Virus record (IMG/VR): IMGVR_UViG_3300037454_000146
Location: 32,001 to 96,000 of that record
Reading direction: 5' to 3' (one strand)
Source of the DNA: a virus
Length of the DNA: 64,000 nucleotides
This document shows positions 27,309-37,539 of the stretch, in pieces. The stretch's first letter is position 1, and each line of letters begins with the position of its first letter. Both the position numbers and the translations under genes were made by a program. Below the pieces are notes generated by a model, which was not told the DNA's origin, did no database searches, and saw only the letters and a list, made by a program, of their open reading frames with translations.

Positions 27309-27314
27309 GAGAGA

Positions 27315-27812
27315 TCACCCCTCGCACAATCCACTATCCAAATCTACCGCCTCAAACACAAGCTGTCTAAACCTGTATGTCGTATTAACGCTACCTGCTG
27401 TGTCCGACTTTAATTGAAGCGTACCCACGCCGAAATCCTGCCGTCCCTCATATTTTTCTTCTATGAGTTCTGCAAGGTAGTCCATACGAGTTCCACTTTC
27501 GCCAACCATATCCATGTGCATATCCTCTTGGTGAGTGAGCACATAAAACACGATTGTCGGGTGAACCCAAATGTTGCTGTCACTACTGCCGTAACGTGTA
27601 CGACGCTCTGGTATGTCAATCTCGATGAGAATATAGGAACGCACTTGCTCCTCAGTTTGAGGAATGAAGTAATGGCAAAATATTCGTTTCCATACAAGGT
27701 CATCGGGATCTTCATCAGGATTTAAGCCGAGAGCATTTATGATTTCTTCGTCTTGAGATAATTCAGAAACGATTTTGTTTTTCCATTCTCGTATGCATTT
27801 TGACTTAGCCAT
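27315..27812 (-). CDS. Hypothetical head-tail joining / tail completion protein (position only)
   Basis: 165-aa ORF in the neck region of the module. Confidence 0.5.
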   Translation of the reverse strand: MAKSKCIREWKNKIVSELSQDEEIINALGLNPDEDPDDLVWKRIFCHYFIPQTEEQVRSYILIEIDIPERRTRYGSSDSNIWVHPTIVFYVLTHQEDMHMDMVGESGTRMDYLAELIEEKYEGRQDFGVGTLQLKSDTAGSVNTTYRFRQLVFEAVDLDSGLCEG

Positions 27813-27826
27813 CTCTCAGCACCTCC

Positions 27827-28810
27827 TCACACAGCCCCTATAATATCGACCAGTAACTCCGATGATAAGCTGCCCGCCGTTGCAACAACCTTGAAACTTG
27901 CACCGACCATTGCACTATCATTAGCACACTTCACCACGCACTTGTTACCAGTCTGCGTCATAGTAATCTTACCTTCCCACATCTCGGAATATACCAAAGT
28001 AAACACAATATTATACTCTGTCTCCGCTGTAAAGGTCTTACGACCACCAATGCGAATTGATGGACTGCCCGCATAACTTATGAGGATGGGGGATGTCGGT
28101 TGCGGTACATCGCTCGGATTTACATAGTCGCAAAGCATTAAGTCAACTCTGTCAACGTCGGGGTTAATCTCGGTTTCCGTGAGTACAAGCAGAATACAAC
28201 CCTTGCCGTCATATCTCGGCTCGGCTGTTCCGTCATATCCCATAGTTACCGTATCGACACGAGTAATGTCGTAACATTTTGGAGACTCTATGTTGAAGTC
28301 AACCATAAGACGCTTGTCCGATTTCAGTTTTAAAGTTTCCTCATCAATCGGCAAATACACCATGAGCTGATTTGAGCCAACAACTATGACGTTATTGTAC
28401 TTCTCGCCGTTGTTATACTTCGAGGCACTGAGCACTACCGACCAACGCTCAATAATATCCGCTTCTGTATTCTGCCATTTGAGGACGTAGTTGCACTGTT
28501 GCATCTTGCCATATGTGTAAACTTCCTTATCCCAATCACATGAGACTATAAGCCACATAGCATCTGCCCATTCAACATAATCGCCAGCGTCAAAATATTC
28601 ATCGGGCAAACTTTTTACGTCCTTGTAATAGGGGAGAGTACCGTCATCAATAACGAGTTTCTGCGGTACGCCATTAACAAGACAATCTTTGCAGGAGAGG
28701 GAGTTGACGGCATTGATTTTCAAATTACGTTTTTCTTGGTATAAAGTGCGTTCTCTCACGGTATTTCCGCGAAACTTAACTCGCGCCTTATACGAATCGA
28801 AATCCGCCAT
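27827..28810 (-). CDS. Hypothetical structural protein
   Basis: Start at MADFDSYK follows the RBS AAGGAGGG. The ORF-track N-terminal extension lacks an RBS and overlaps the upstream gene. Confidence 0.55.
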   Translation of the reverse strand: MADFDSYKARVKFRGNTVRERTLYQEKRNLKINAVNSLSCKDCLVNGVPQKLVIDDGTLPYYKDVKSLPDEYFDAGDYVEWADAMWLIVSCDWDKEVYTYGKMQQCNYVLKWQNTEADIIERWSVVLSASKYNNGEKYNNVIVVGSNQLMVYLPIDEETLKLKSDKRLMVDFNIESPKCYDITRVDTVTMGYDGTAEPRYDGKGCILLVLTETEINPDVDRVDLMLCDYVNPSDVPQPTSPILISYAGSPSIRIGGRKTFTAETEYNIVFTLVYSEMWEGKITMTQTGNKCVVKCANDSAMVGASFKVVATAGSLSSELLVDIIGAV

Positions 28811-28811
28811 A

Positions 28812-29144
28812 CTATCCCTCCTTTGCAAAATATTTCTTGTTGATACTTTCGATGTGGCGAATTGCCTTGAACACCTCGCGCCTACAAACAGGCACATCAA
28901 CGTCGTTATCAATAAGATACTCGACGATATTTAGAGCACTCATAAACTGAGGTTCTTCAATAAGCTGCCTATATAAATGATAGCTCCCCACCATTTCAAC
29001 TTTAAGGCTTTCAAGATATGTGGTGAGCGTTTGACAGCCTTCTTCTTTCATCGGCAGAATCTTGTAAATCTTTCCAATCATATATTGGAAGTAATTCTGA
29101 AACGCCTTTTCATCCAACTCAGCATAATCTATCTTCACACTCAT
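28812..29144 (-). CDS. Hypothetical neck protein
   Basis: 110 aa with an ATGA overlap to the upstream gene. Confidence 0.5.
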   Translation of the reverse strand: MSVKIDYAELDEKAFQNYFQYMIGKIYKILPMKEEGCQTLTTYLESLKVEMVGSYHLYRQLIEEPQFMSALNIVEYLIDNDVDVPVCRREVFKAIRHIESINKKYFAKEG

Positions 29145-29566
29145 ACTAAATCTCCTACGTCATTGTGAATAAACGAATATTCTTTAATGCGTGATAAAAA
29201 ATTAGCGTGAGCCGTTAAATAGGTAGTGTTGACCTTATCAAGCAGATTGGCGGGAGAGAACGTAGTAAAATCCTTTGTGCTCAATGCGTTGCGCAGTAAT
29301 TCAAGATTATTGCGATACGGTTTCAGCCACGATTCAATCATTCCCTCGGACAGTATGTCAATCTCATCAAGGTCTAAATCCTCGGTAAAACCGTTCTCGT
29401 CGGTCAGAGATAAATCCTTTTTACAGGATTCCAAAAACCTCACAACAGCCTGATTGAGTAAACCACTCATAACAGTATTAGCGTCACCTACCGCCATATC
29501 TGCCAAATCGTAGTCATTAATCTTGTCGAGAAAACTGTTGTAAACTACGTTATAAGCCGTCGCCAT
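29141..29566 (-). CDS. Head-tail connector/adaptor-like protein (position only)
   Basis: 141-aa helical, acidic protein downstream of the capsid gene. Confidence 0.45.
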   Translation of the reverse strand: MATAYNVVYNSFLDKINDYDLADMAVGDANTVMSGLLNQAVVRFLESCKKDLSLTDENGFTEDLDLDEIDILSEGMIESWLKPYRNNLELLRNALSTKDFTTFSPANLLDKVNTTYLTAHANFLSRIKEYSFIHNDVGDLV

Positions 29567-30108
29567 TAAGTCACCTCGTCCATATCAAAACTAATTCCCA
29601 GCGCCTTTTCGAGAGCTTCCGTTTTAGCCTTTGAATCAAGACGCGAATCATTGTCCGCAAGCATTGTATACGCTTTTGTGGTAATTGTCTCCTTAACGGC
29701 TTTAGGCAGATTGGGAACAATCTCACCTATCTTCTTTGCCGAAAAATCGAATATATCGTCAATCGTCTCATAAAGACCGTTTGATACATAATACTTGTCT
29801 ACATTAAGCGCTTTGTAAATTTGCTCTGCGGTATAATCATCTGTGTCCTCAATAGTAATCCAGTTATTCACAAAAAACTTCTTCTGACTGTTACGCATAG
29901 AAACGAGCTCGCCGTATTCCATTTCAATAACCGTACCAGATTCGTCCCATGTTTCCTCATATCCCGTTTTCTTAGACTTGTAGTACAGCACGCCGCCTAC
30001 GTTACTTCTAACAGGAATAAGATAATCTGAATCTATCTTTACCTTTACAGGCTTGGGAGCTTCTACTTGAATAGGAGCTTCGGTTACTTTCTTTGCAGTT
30101 CTTGCCAT
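29566..30108 (-). CDS. Hypothetical head-module protein
   Basis: Start at MARTAKK follows the RBS AAGGAG. Confidence 0.5.
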   Translation of the reverse strand: MARTAKKVTEAPIQVEAPKPVKVKIDSDYLIPVRSNVGGVLYYKSKKTGYEETWDESGTVIEMEYGELVSMRNSQKKFFVNNWITIEDTDDYTAEQIYKALNVDKYYVSNGLYETIDDIFDFSAKKIGEIVPNLPKAVKETITTKAYTMLADNDSRLDSKAKTEALEKALGISFDMDEVT

Positions 30109-30172
30109 TTGAAAAATCTCCTTTAACCCATAATAAGGGCGGTGTATTTCAACCGCCCATTGTCTTATTTGA

Positions 30173-31153
30173 TTATGTGAAATCGTAAACACCCATTGTT
30201 GCAGAAACAGCAACGGCAATACCCTCGCGACGGATTACAGTGTACTCCTGTGTGAGGTCAGCGTTGTCAGCAGCATCTCTTGCAATTACGATAGGCTCGC
30301 CCTCGATATAGTGCTTGATGAACTTATCGTCAGCAGCGATTACGTAAACTCTTGTGTCAGAGAGTACGAAGTTGTCATTTGCGTCAAGATAGTTGCGGAG
30401 TCTAATGCAATCTGTACCATTAAACTTTCCGCTGTAACCCATCTCATAGAAATCATCCTTCACCGTCTCACCAGTCTGAGCCATTGTGAAGTTTCTGAGG
30501 GCTGTTCTTGTGCCAAATACATAAGCAGTCTTGCCTGTTGCAGCCTCTACCTTTTCAATAAGACCAAGCAGACCAGCCTCGGTTGCAGAACCAGAAGCAG
30601 TTACTGTGAATCTTGCTGTAGAGAGGTTATTAAGCTGCTTTGCAACGCTTGCATAGAACTCGCGCTCGAAGCTCTTAGCAACACGGTTTACAAACTCAAC
30701 CCAATCAATGCGACCAGAGAGTATGAGAATGAGCTCCTCATAAATCTTGACAGCCTTGTTTACGGGTGTGAGAGCAACCTTCTGACCGCCGATAAGTCTC
30801 TGACGGCGAATACCCTGTGTGCCATTAGCAACAACGTCAACAGTAAGGAGTGAGTTGTCGGGGATAAGGAACTCAGGCTTGTCGCCCCACTCGCCGCTCT
30901 TTGTCTCAATCCAATTAGCGATAGGAGAATCCTCGAAACCAGCAACGTCGAGAGCGACATCAATAAGCTCCTCGACTACAGCAAAAAGCTCGGGGCACTT
31001 GCCGTCACGGATTGCCTTGTAGTCGATAGTTGTAGAGCCGTTGTTAGCTTCCTTAATCTTATTTACGATAACATCAGTGGGGTTGCCCTCTGCAAACGCA
31101 GTAGGAACACCACGATAAGCGTCAATACAGAGCTTTCTAAAATTTGCTTCCAT
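30173..31153 (-). CDS. Major capsid protein (HK97-fold type, by size and position)
   Basis: 326 aa, directly after the scaffold and decoration-like genes, with a strong RBS. Confidence 0.7.
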   Translation of the reverse strand: MEANFRKLCIDAYRGVPTAFAEGNPTDVIVNKIKEANNGSTTIDYKAIRDGKCPELFAVVEELIDVALDVAGFEDSPIANWIETKSGEWGDKPEFLIPDNSLLTVDVVANGTQGIRRQRLIGGQKVALTPVNKAVKIYEELILILSGRIDWVEFVNRVAKSFEREFYASVAKQLNNLSTARFTVTASGSATEAGLLGLIEKVEAATGKTAYVFGTRTALRNFTMAQTGETVKDDFYEMGYSGKFNGTDCIRLRNYLDANDNFVLSDTRVYVIAADDKFIKHYIEGEPIVIARDAADNADLTQEYTVIRREGIAVAVSATMGVYDFT

Positions 31154-31179
31154 AGTACAATACCTTCCTTTCTATAAAA

Positions 31180-31674
31180 TTAGAGAACCTCGTAAACGAA
31201 CATTGTAGTGCCGCCTACGTTTTCTGTTGCGAGATACTTAGCAAAGTTCTTATCAGCATTAGCTGTAGATGTTGCTACCCAACCGCCGTCTGTCGCATTG
31301 ATATATGCGTTTGTAGACGAAGGAGTACCGCTTACTACTGCGCCAGCAATAGAGAATATGTCGCACTTTACGAGCTTAGAAACACGGATTATATCACCAT
31401 TAGAATTGAAAAAGTTCTCAAGAGGCTTCTTCTCTGTTGTGTAAGCGTGCTCGGGAGATGTAACAACCCAAACGTCAGCGGCATCTGCGCCGTTAGCTGT
31501 TGCGGTCTTAAATACCTCTCTCTCTCCGTAGTAAGGCTCTGCGTTGCTTGTAACAAGAGTTGTAACCTTGATGGGTGCGCCGTTGTCTATATCGCCGTAA
31601 GCTACACCAGTTCTGATGAGTGCGCCGTCGTGTGTATAAGAACACGAGTCGCTTCTAAAAATACCATGTGCCAT
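31180..31674 (-). CDS. Possible head decoration/auxiliary capsid protein
   Basis: 164-aa beta-rich protein between the scaffold and the capsid gene. Confidence 0.4.
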   Translation of the reverse strand: MAHGIFRSDSCSYTHDGALIRTGVAYGDIDNGAPIKVTTLVTSNAEPYYGEREVFKTATANGADAADVWVVTSPEHAYTTEKKPLENFFNSNGDIIRVSKLVKCDIFSIAGAVVSGTPSSTNAYINATDGGWVATSTANADKNFAKYLATENVGGTTMFVYEVL

Positions 31675-31697
31675 AAACTTTTAACCTACCTTTCTTA

Positions 31698-32945
31698 TTA
31701 ATCGTTATTTCCATATCTCTCGAAGATGTCGCCATAGGGCGAAACCTTTGTGGGAGTTGCGCCAACCGAGAATTTGATTGATTCGGTCTTGGTTGACTTG
31801 TTGTCATTAAGGGCGAATGTACTCATAGCAAACTTGCCAACGAGAATCATACACTCCTTATCAAGCTGTTCAAGGTCATAATCATTGGATTTAGCCTTAA
31901 GCTCGTTGTACTCGGGCATTTCGCCAATGCGACCGTCGTACTTGGAGAAGATTTCGTTCTCTGCCTTTTCTCTCTCAGCCTTTTCAGCCGCGATCTTAAA
32001 GGGAGTAAGAATCTCAATCTGCGAATTGAGGTCAGCAATCCGAGCCTCATATTCGGCGTTCTTAATCGTAAGAGCGTCGATTGCGACAAGAGAATCGTTG
32101 TAAAGCGCCTCGTAATCTACGGGTGCTTCCTCCGCGCTGTTGGTCGTTGTCTCAGGGTCAGTTGCTTCAGATTCATTTTCATTTGAAAAAGCCTCGGGCT
32201 CTGTTCCCTCAGTGACTTCCGTCTCCTCGGATTCGTTTACAATTTCCTTGTTCTCGTCCATGTTTTCACCTTCCTCATCTCCAAAAGCAAAGACTTCGGA
32301 CATAGCCTGTTTCATTTCGTTCATCTTTATTGCGAAATCGTCCGCGCTAAAGTTAATGGGAGTTACGTCTGCGGATATAAAGCAAGGCTCTACATTCTCC
32401 TCGCGATTATCTGATTTGTAAAGCAGACAGAGAGCACTAAACTCAAAGTCGAGTACCTCAATGAAATTACTATCTTCCTCAAGAGGACGGTACTGAGCAC
32501 AGTTTACTTCCATTGACTGATTCCACCAAACTTCGTCAGAATAAATTGTCTCTTTGAGCTCGGGGTATCTGCCAGTCCATAGAATCGCCTCGCAAGTAAG
32601 ATATTCAACATCAGTGCCATACTCATTAATGGTTTCCCACTCAAAAGTATCTGCCTTTACAACGCCAAAAGGAACGCAAAGTGATTTGATAGACCAATCT
32701 TCCCAATCTATGTACATATCGTGTCCGCCAATGCGATACTCTCCATTCTCGTCCTTAAAAAGATGAGCAACGACAGGCGCATAATTTAGTGAATTGAGAT
32801 GAGCCTCAACTACATCACGGCTAAAATAAGACATATTGCGATTCTTGCCTGTAGCCATTACCTTAATCTTAACAAGCGTAAACTCGCTATTAAGCTCCTC
32901 AAGTACGGTAAATTTCGTAGATGAATTAATGCTAAACTTATCCAT
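31698..32945 (-). CDS. Scaffolding protein (possibly protease-scaffold fusion)
   Basis: 415 aa. A globular N-terminal domain is followed by a very acidic E/T/S linker and a C-terminal coiled coil (ADLNSQIEILTPFKIAAEKAEREKAENE). Follows the portal gene. Confidence 0.55.
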   Translation of the reverse strand: MDKFSINSSTKFTVLEELNSEFTLVKIKVMATGKNRNMSYFSRDVVEAHLNSLNYAPVVAHLFKDENGEYRIGGHDMYIDWEDWSIKSLCVPFGVVKADTFEWETINEYGTDVEYLTCEAILWTGRYPELKETIYSDEVWWNQSMEVNCAQYRPLEEDSNFIEVLDFEFSALCLLYKSDNREENVEPCFISADVTPINFSADDFAIKMNEMKQAMSEVFAFGDEEGENMDENKEIVNESEETEVTEGTEPEAFSNENESEATDPETTTNSAEEAPVDYEALYNDSLVAIDALTIKNAEYEARIADLNSQIEILTPFKIAAEKAEREKAENEIFSKYDGRIGEMPEYNELKAKSNDYDLEQLDKECMILVGKFAMSTFALNDNKSTKTESIKFSVGATPTKVSPYGDIFERYGNND

Positions 32946-32987
32946 TGTTTTACTTCTACCTCCTTTCTCAGTAGTTTCTCACATTAC

Positions 32988-33185
32988 TCAGAAACACAAG
33001 AGGTTTCGCTTCATATAATGCCACTCCTCGTCTGAAAACTTTTCAGCCAAGTATCGTTGCAAAGCCTCTGTATCGGCAAAAGCATAAACAGTCTTGCCAT
33101 TGATTTCTGTTTTTGTATAAGTAAAGCCCAAAGCAGCAAGTTCTTCCTGTGCTTTAGGCTGTACCACCATTATAAATTTGTCCAT
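32988..33185 (-). CDS. Hypothetical small protein
   Basis: Start at MDKFIMVVQP follows the RBS GAGGTGG. Confidence 0.4.
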   Translation of the reverse strand: MDKFIMVVQPKAQEELAALGFTYTKTEINGKTVYAFADTEALQRYLAEKFSDEEWHYMKRNLLCF

Positions 33186-33195
33186 TGATTCCACC

Positions 33196-34707
33196 TCACT
33201 TGTATTCATTAGAGGTATTCTCGTTATTCTCAGTGTTATCCGTAGGATTTTCCTCTGTCGGTCTACCACTTTCTCCGTCTATTCCGCCGTTGCTCATTGT
33301 ATTCGAGCTAATAAGTGGACGATTGAGAATTTCGTCACAACACTTGAGAATATCGTTTTCAAGATAGCTCTGATTTATTACATCTATAGGCTCTAAGCCG
33401 AGCGATGCCGCATAGTATAACTTACTACACATTCCGTACTGAGAAGCCTTTAAGTAATAATTCTGCACTCTCTCAAACGTGTAAATGCTCTGTTCTAAGA
33501 AGCAAATCTCAAACAGATTCTTCATCTCCATTTTCTGAATTTTAACATTGTATACGTGTTGCACTTGACGAATAATCTTCATCATCATGGACTCTACAGG
33601 ACGTATCGCAAGTTCAAGAGACTGCGAAGTTACATTATCCATAATACCAAACAACACAGGAGCAATACCAAAATTATTGAACAGGTCTTTAGTCGCGTCC
33701 TTTGTGTAGTTCTTAGTTGCATCATTGCTATCCTTTAAAGTAACAGTGTCAAGTCCAAATGGCGACATTGCAACGCCGATACCTTCTGGCACTTGGTTGG
33801 CAGTAAGATTATAGTATTTTTGTGCTTGCTCAAAGCTCAGTTTAGGTACGCCGTCTGTGTCAGTCGGAATACGATAATGTATGAGTTTGTAGTTGTCAAG
33901 CATTGCGCCGTCTTTCTTAATTTCCTCATAAGTGTCAAGATCAATAATAGACTTGAATATGCCTACGAATGGCGGCACTGTCCAATCCATTTCGGGATCA
34001 AACTTGACGCATATCTGCTTCTTTGGCTCAAACCAACGCTTCGTTTTGTTTGGCTCAATTATCCACTTACCATCAAGGTCTTTCTTACCCTTATAAGCCC
34101 AATACGCAGCCTCAAAGTCTCTACCGTACTGTGGTAAGTAGATAAGCGTTTTCTGCGTAAAGTAATCAAGGTCAAATGAGAAACGCCAAACACCATTCTC
34201 AATACTTGTGATGATACAATACTCAGGGCGCACAGGTTTAATAAAGTAGTTATCAGTATCGTCATACTCGATACCAAAGAACACACCGTCAAGGAGACAG
34301 GTTGTCATAATCTGTGGCAAGTAGGATTTTAGTTTGTAATGACTAACTGTACGGCATAATTTGCGGTACTCCTTATTGAAAGTTGCAGTACCCTTATTGC
34401 CCGTATCACCAACAGGACGTATGAGATAATTGTTTAACTCTAATGTTGCAAGCATTGTTATTGCTCTGCGGTAATGTGGCGACACGGCGTAAAAGAAGTG
34501 ACTAATCTCACGAAGCATTTTCTCCGACGCTGGCTTATCAGGGCAGAGAAGTGCTTTTAATATTTTGTCTCGCGGGTGCTTTTTGAGAAAGATGTTTCGC
34601 TGGTCAACCGCCGTTGTAAGGTCTGCAAGAACCTGTTTGCGAAGTCGTGCAAAGTTGCGGTAGTCGTAGAGTTCATCTATCTCAGTTTGATTTAATTCGT
34701 CTTTCAA
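33196..34707 (-). CDS. Portal protein (by size and position)
   Basis: 503 aa immediately downstream of the large terminase. Confidence 0.7.
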   Translation of the reverse strand: MKDELNQTEIDELYDYRNFARLRKQVLADLTTAVDQRNIFLKKHPRDKILKALLCPDKPASEKMLREISHFFYAVSPHYRRAITMLATLELNNYLIRPVGDTGNKGTATFNKEYRKLCRTVSHYKLKSYLPQIMTTCLLDGVFFGIEYDDTDNYFIKPVRPEYCIITSIENGVWRFSFDLDYFTQKTLIYLPQYGRDFEAAYWAYKGKKDLDGKWIIEPNKTKRWFEPKKQICVKFDPEMDWTVPPFVGIFKSIIDLDTYEEIKKDGAMLDNYKLIHYRIPTDTDGVPKLSFEQAQKYYNLTANQVPEGIGVAMSPFGLDTVTLKDSNDATKNYTKDATKDLFNNFGIAPVLFGIMDNVTSQSLELAIRPVESMMMKIIRQVQHVYNVKIQKMEMKNLFEICFLEQSIYTFERVQNYYLKASQYGMCSKLYYAASLGLEPIDVINQSYLENDILKCCDEILNRPLISSNTMSNGGIDGESGRPTEENPTDNTENNENTSNEYK

Positions 34708-34721
34708 TTAATCATCTCCTT

Positions 34722-36476
34722 TCATCTGTAGGTTTTGGCAGGACGGGATAGGAAGAAGTCGGCAACTCCTGATTCTTCATTTATTATACGCTTCTGTAAC
34801 ACCTGTTCTAATTGAAGGCATACCCACCAGTTATATTCGAGTGATGAGAAACGGTCTTTTCGCATACCAGTTTTCTCTTTTACCTTTATGTTTACACCCT
34901 TTGTCTCTGTCTGTAAATTGATAAGCTCATTTATAAGTAAGGTTGTATGAATATAAGGCATCTGTAATTCAATCTTTTCTTGTGGAGTAAGCGAATTATA
35001 TCCTCTAAACCCAGCAAGAATTTCTTCTGCATCAAACTCTGATACAAGAAGATTTATTCTGTTTTGTCTAAAGGCTTCTCTTAACGCAAGAGCCATATCA
35101 TTATTTAACTGTGCCGTTGCATTGATTGCCCATATAACCTTTGGAGCTGTCTTATCCAAACATCTGTCAGCAAATACAGAATCGTTACAACATGATAACG
35201 CTCTGTAAGTAGTTGCCAACTCATTGTCATAAATATCTCGACAAAGATGATCGTAGACAGATACACCAACACCTCTTGTATCAATTACGAGCTGCGTACA
35301 ATGATATTGCTCAAACAACCTTCTCACTCTAAGAGCCAAATCTTCTGAATGTAATCCCTCATGGTTCTCAGTGTAGATTATATTACCTACATAGCGATTG
35401 TCTTTATTAGGTAACGCACTATTGATAAAAATTGATGCCGCATCGTTATCATGTTTTGTAGAAGCCAAAAGAGCAACGTCCAAAGACAAGATACGTTCCT
35501 CATTTTTAGCAAGAGGCGGTATCTTCAAATTTTTATCAGCCATTAGATTTGAAATCTGTGGCGGATATACAGGCACTTTAAGTTTTCTATTCCTTGATAA
35601 ATCATCATAAGAGAATAGAGCATTTTCATCGTCACCCAACCATTCACACTCCATTTCCATTTGGAATGAAAGTTCATTGAAATCAGACTCCGACATCTCA
35701 TCTTCTACCTGTTCACGACTTAGTAAATTTTCTTTAATAGCTAACTCATAAGGCAAACCACAACAGAAATATCGCTTCGTATCATCAACAAGATTGGTAG
35801 CAAAAGCCTTTAATTTCTCAAAACTCCAATGCTGTTTATACCAAGCAGACGAAAGATAAAGTTCTTTATTTCTTTCTGTTAAATGAGCGTACTCTGGTTT
35901 GCTTAAATATCTTGGTTGACGAGGCGCAGTGTTGAATTTACGCAATACCTTGTTGATAATATCAAGGTCAATCATGCGAAATTCGTCACATACGATTATG
36001 TTGGATCTATTAGAGCGAGCACCGTCATTTGCCGTTACAACTTTTATTCGTGAGCCATTTTTAAATGATATATACGCATCTTGACCTTTGGTGTTAGCCG
36101 TTTCTATTTCATTTCTTAAATTTGCCGAATTTGGCATAAGAATGGTCGTTATTTTTTCAAGTACATTTATACTCTGTGAACGATTCTTTGCAGCTACGCA
36201 TATTTGTGTTTCGGGATAAAGAATACATCTTACTACGCAGAATATCGCAGTAAGAAAGGTTTTGCCTTGTCCACGCGAAGCGATGTACATGAAATAATTT
36301 GACCAATTCATTAGGAATAATAATATTTTCTGAAATAGTTTGAGATGTATATTCAGATAATCGGCACAAAACCTATGAGGATTTGCTCTGTAATAGCTAC
36401 ACCAAATGCCAACACCTGTCATCATGCGCTCTACTTTATCATTAGCTATTTCTTTATCAGTCTTTTTCGCCGCCAT
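34722..36476 (-). CDS. terL: Terminase large subunit
   Basis: Walker A-like ASRGQGKTF and Walker B IIVCDEF, with a C-terminal nuclease-like acidic region (LSLDVAL..., VIDTRGVG). Confidence 0.9.
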   Translation of the reverse strand: MAAKKTDKEIANDKVERMMTGVGIWCSYYRANPHRFCADYLNIHLKLFQKILLFLMNWSNYFMYIASRGQGKTFLTAIFCVVRCILYPETQICVAAKNRSQSINVLEKITTILMPNSANLRNEIETANTKGQDAYISFKNGSRIKVVTANDGARSNRSNIIVCDEFRMIDLDIINKVLRKFNTAPRQPRYLSKPEYAHLTERNKELYLSSAWYKQHWSFEKLKAFATNLVDDTKRYFCCGLPYELAIKENLLSREQVEDEMSESDFNELSFQMEMECEWLGDDENALFSYDDLSRNRKLKVPVYPPQISNLMADKNLKIPPLAKNEERILSLDVALLASTKHDNDAASIFINSALPNKDNRYVGNIIYTENHEGLHSEDLALRVRRLFEQYHCTQLVIDTRGVGVSVYDHLCRDIYDNELATTYRALSCCNDSVFADRCLDKTAPKVIWAINATAQLNNDMALALREAFRQNRINLLVSEFDAEEILAGFRGYNSLTPQEKIELQMPYIHTTLLINELINLQTETKGVNIKVKEKTGMRKDRFSSLEYNWWVCLQLEQVLQKRIINEESGVADFFLSRPAKTYR

Positions 36477-37539
36477 TTACAGCACCTCCAAACACTGAGT
36501 CAAAGAGAGCTTCATCATCGCCTTCATACTGCGGTTTCTCAACCTTATACTTTGCCATTTCTTCGTCATACATTCGTGCATAATTGTTTTTTATACCAAT
36601 CATCTTGCACAAATGTCCTAAGAAATAAACCGTAATATACTTTACAATGCCGTCCACATCTTTCCATTCAGGATCGGGTTCTGGTATTGGTTTTTCTTCT
36701 TCAAATTTCTTTATCAGCGTTCCAAAACTTTGACTATCAGCAAGAGCATTATCATTGTTTTGTACAGGTTTCAGATTTGCAGAACCAAGTAATGACTGGA
36801 ATGTGTCCATAGCGTCTTTGACTTTGCCACCCGTTTGTTGTGCTATTTGAATATTCAACTGAGCTATACAAAGATTTTTGAACAATTCTTCTTGTGCCTT
36901 TGTCTTTGCTTCGCATCGTGCTGTCCAGTCATCATATTGTTCTTGCAAGAATTTGTATTGTTCCATACTATATCCCATACCAAACATAGATATAGTTTTC
37001 TTCCGCACCTTTAAATCTGCAAGGTCGTCTTTGGCATCTATCAAATCTTCTGCGTCGTTTATGTTGACACTCGCCCTTTCTTTGATAGTATCAAGATATG
37101 TTGTGCCTCTTTGTTTATACTGAGGAAGTTGCATCTTACTCGGATATGCTCCTATACGCGATCTATCAGATGATATTTTTCTGCACGAAGCCAATATATC
37201 ATCTGCATAATACCAGTCGAAAATTTGACACATACGGTCAACAGCTTTTTCTTCATTGCTCGAATAAAAATCCGTTAATGTATGAAAATATTTATCTACG
37301 CAAGTTTTACATATTGTAGTATAACCGCCATTTCCCGCAAATAGAGGACTATTTGAAAAAGGGAAGTTGCCCTTTTGCTTTGTGTATTTTTTGCCGCAAC
37401 AAGTACAATAAAACTCTGTTCTTTCTTCTTCTGCCATTATACGTCCAACTTGGACATTCTTATCTATTTTAGTTTTAGAAGTGCGAGAATTTGCTGTTTT
37501 CTTCGTACTTCCTGTGTTACCTCTCGGCACTCCACTCAC
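36457..37539 (-). CDS. Candidate terminase small subunit / DNA-recognition protein
   Basis: 360 aa directly upstream of and overlapping terL. Has a basic N-terminus and a Cys4 motif (CTCCGKKY...CKTC). Assignment is by position only. Confidence 0.4.
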   Translation of the reverse strand: MSGVPRGNTGSTKKTANSRTSKTKIDKNVQVGRIMAEEERTEFYCTCCGKKYTKQKGNFPFSNSPLFAGNGGYTTICKTCVDKYFHTLTDFYSSNEEKAVDRMCQIFDWYYADDILASCRKISSDRSRIGAYPSKMQLPQYKQRGTTYLDTIKERASVNINDAEDLIDAKDDLADLKVRKKTISMFGMGYSMEQYKFLQEQYDDWTARCEAKTKAQEELFKNLCIAQLNIQIAQQTGGKVKDAMDTFQSLLGSANLKPVQNNDNALADSQSFGTLIKKFEEEKPIPEPDPEWKDVDGIVKYITVYFLGHLCKMIGIKNNYARMYDEEMAKYKVEKPQYEGDDEALFDSVFGGAVNGGEKD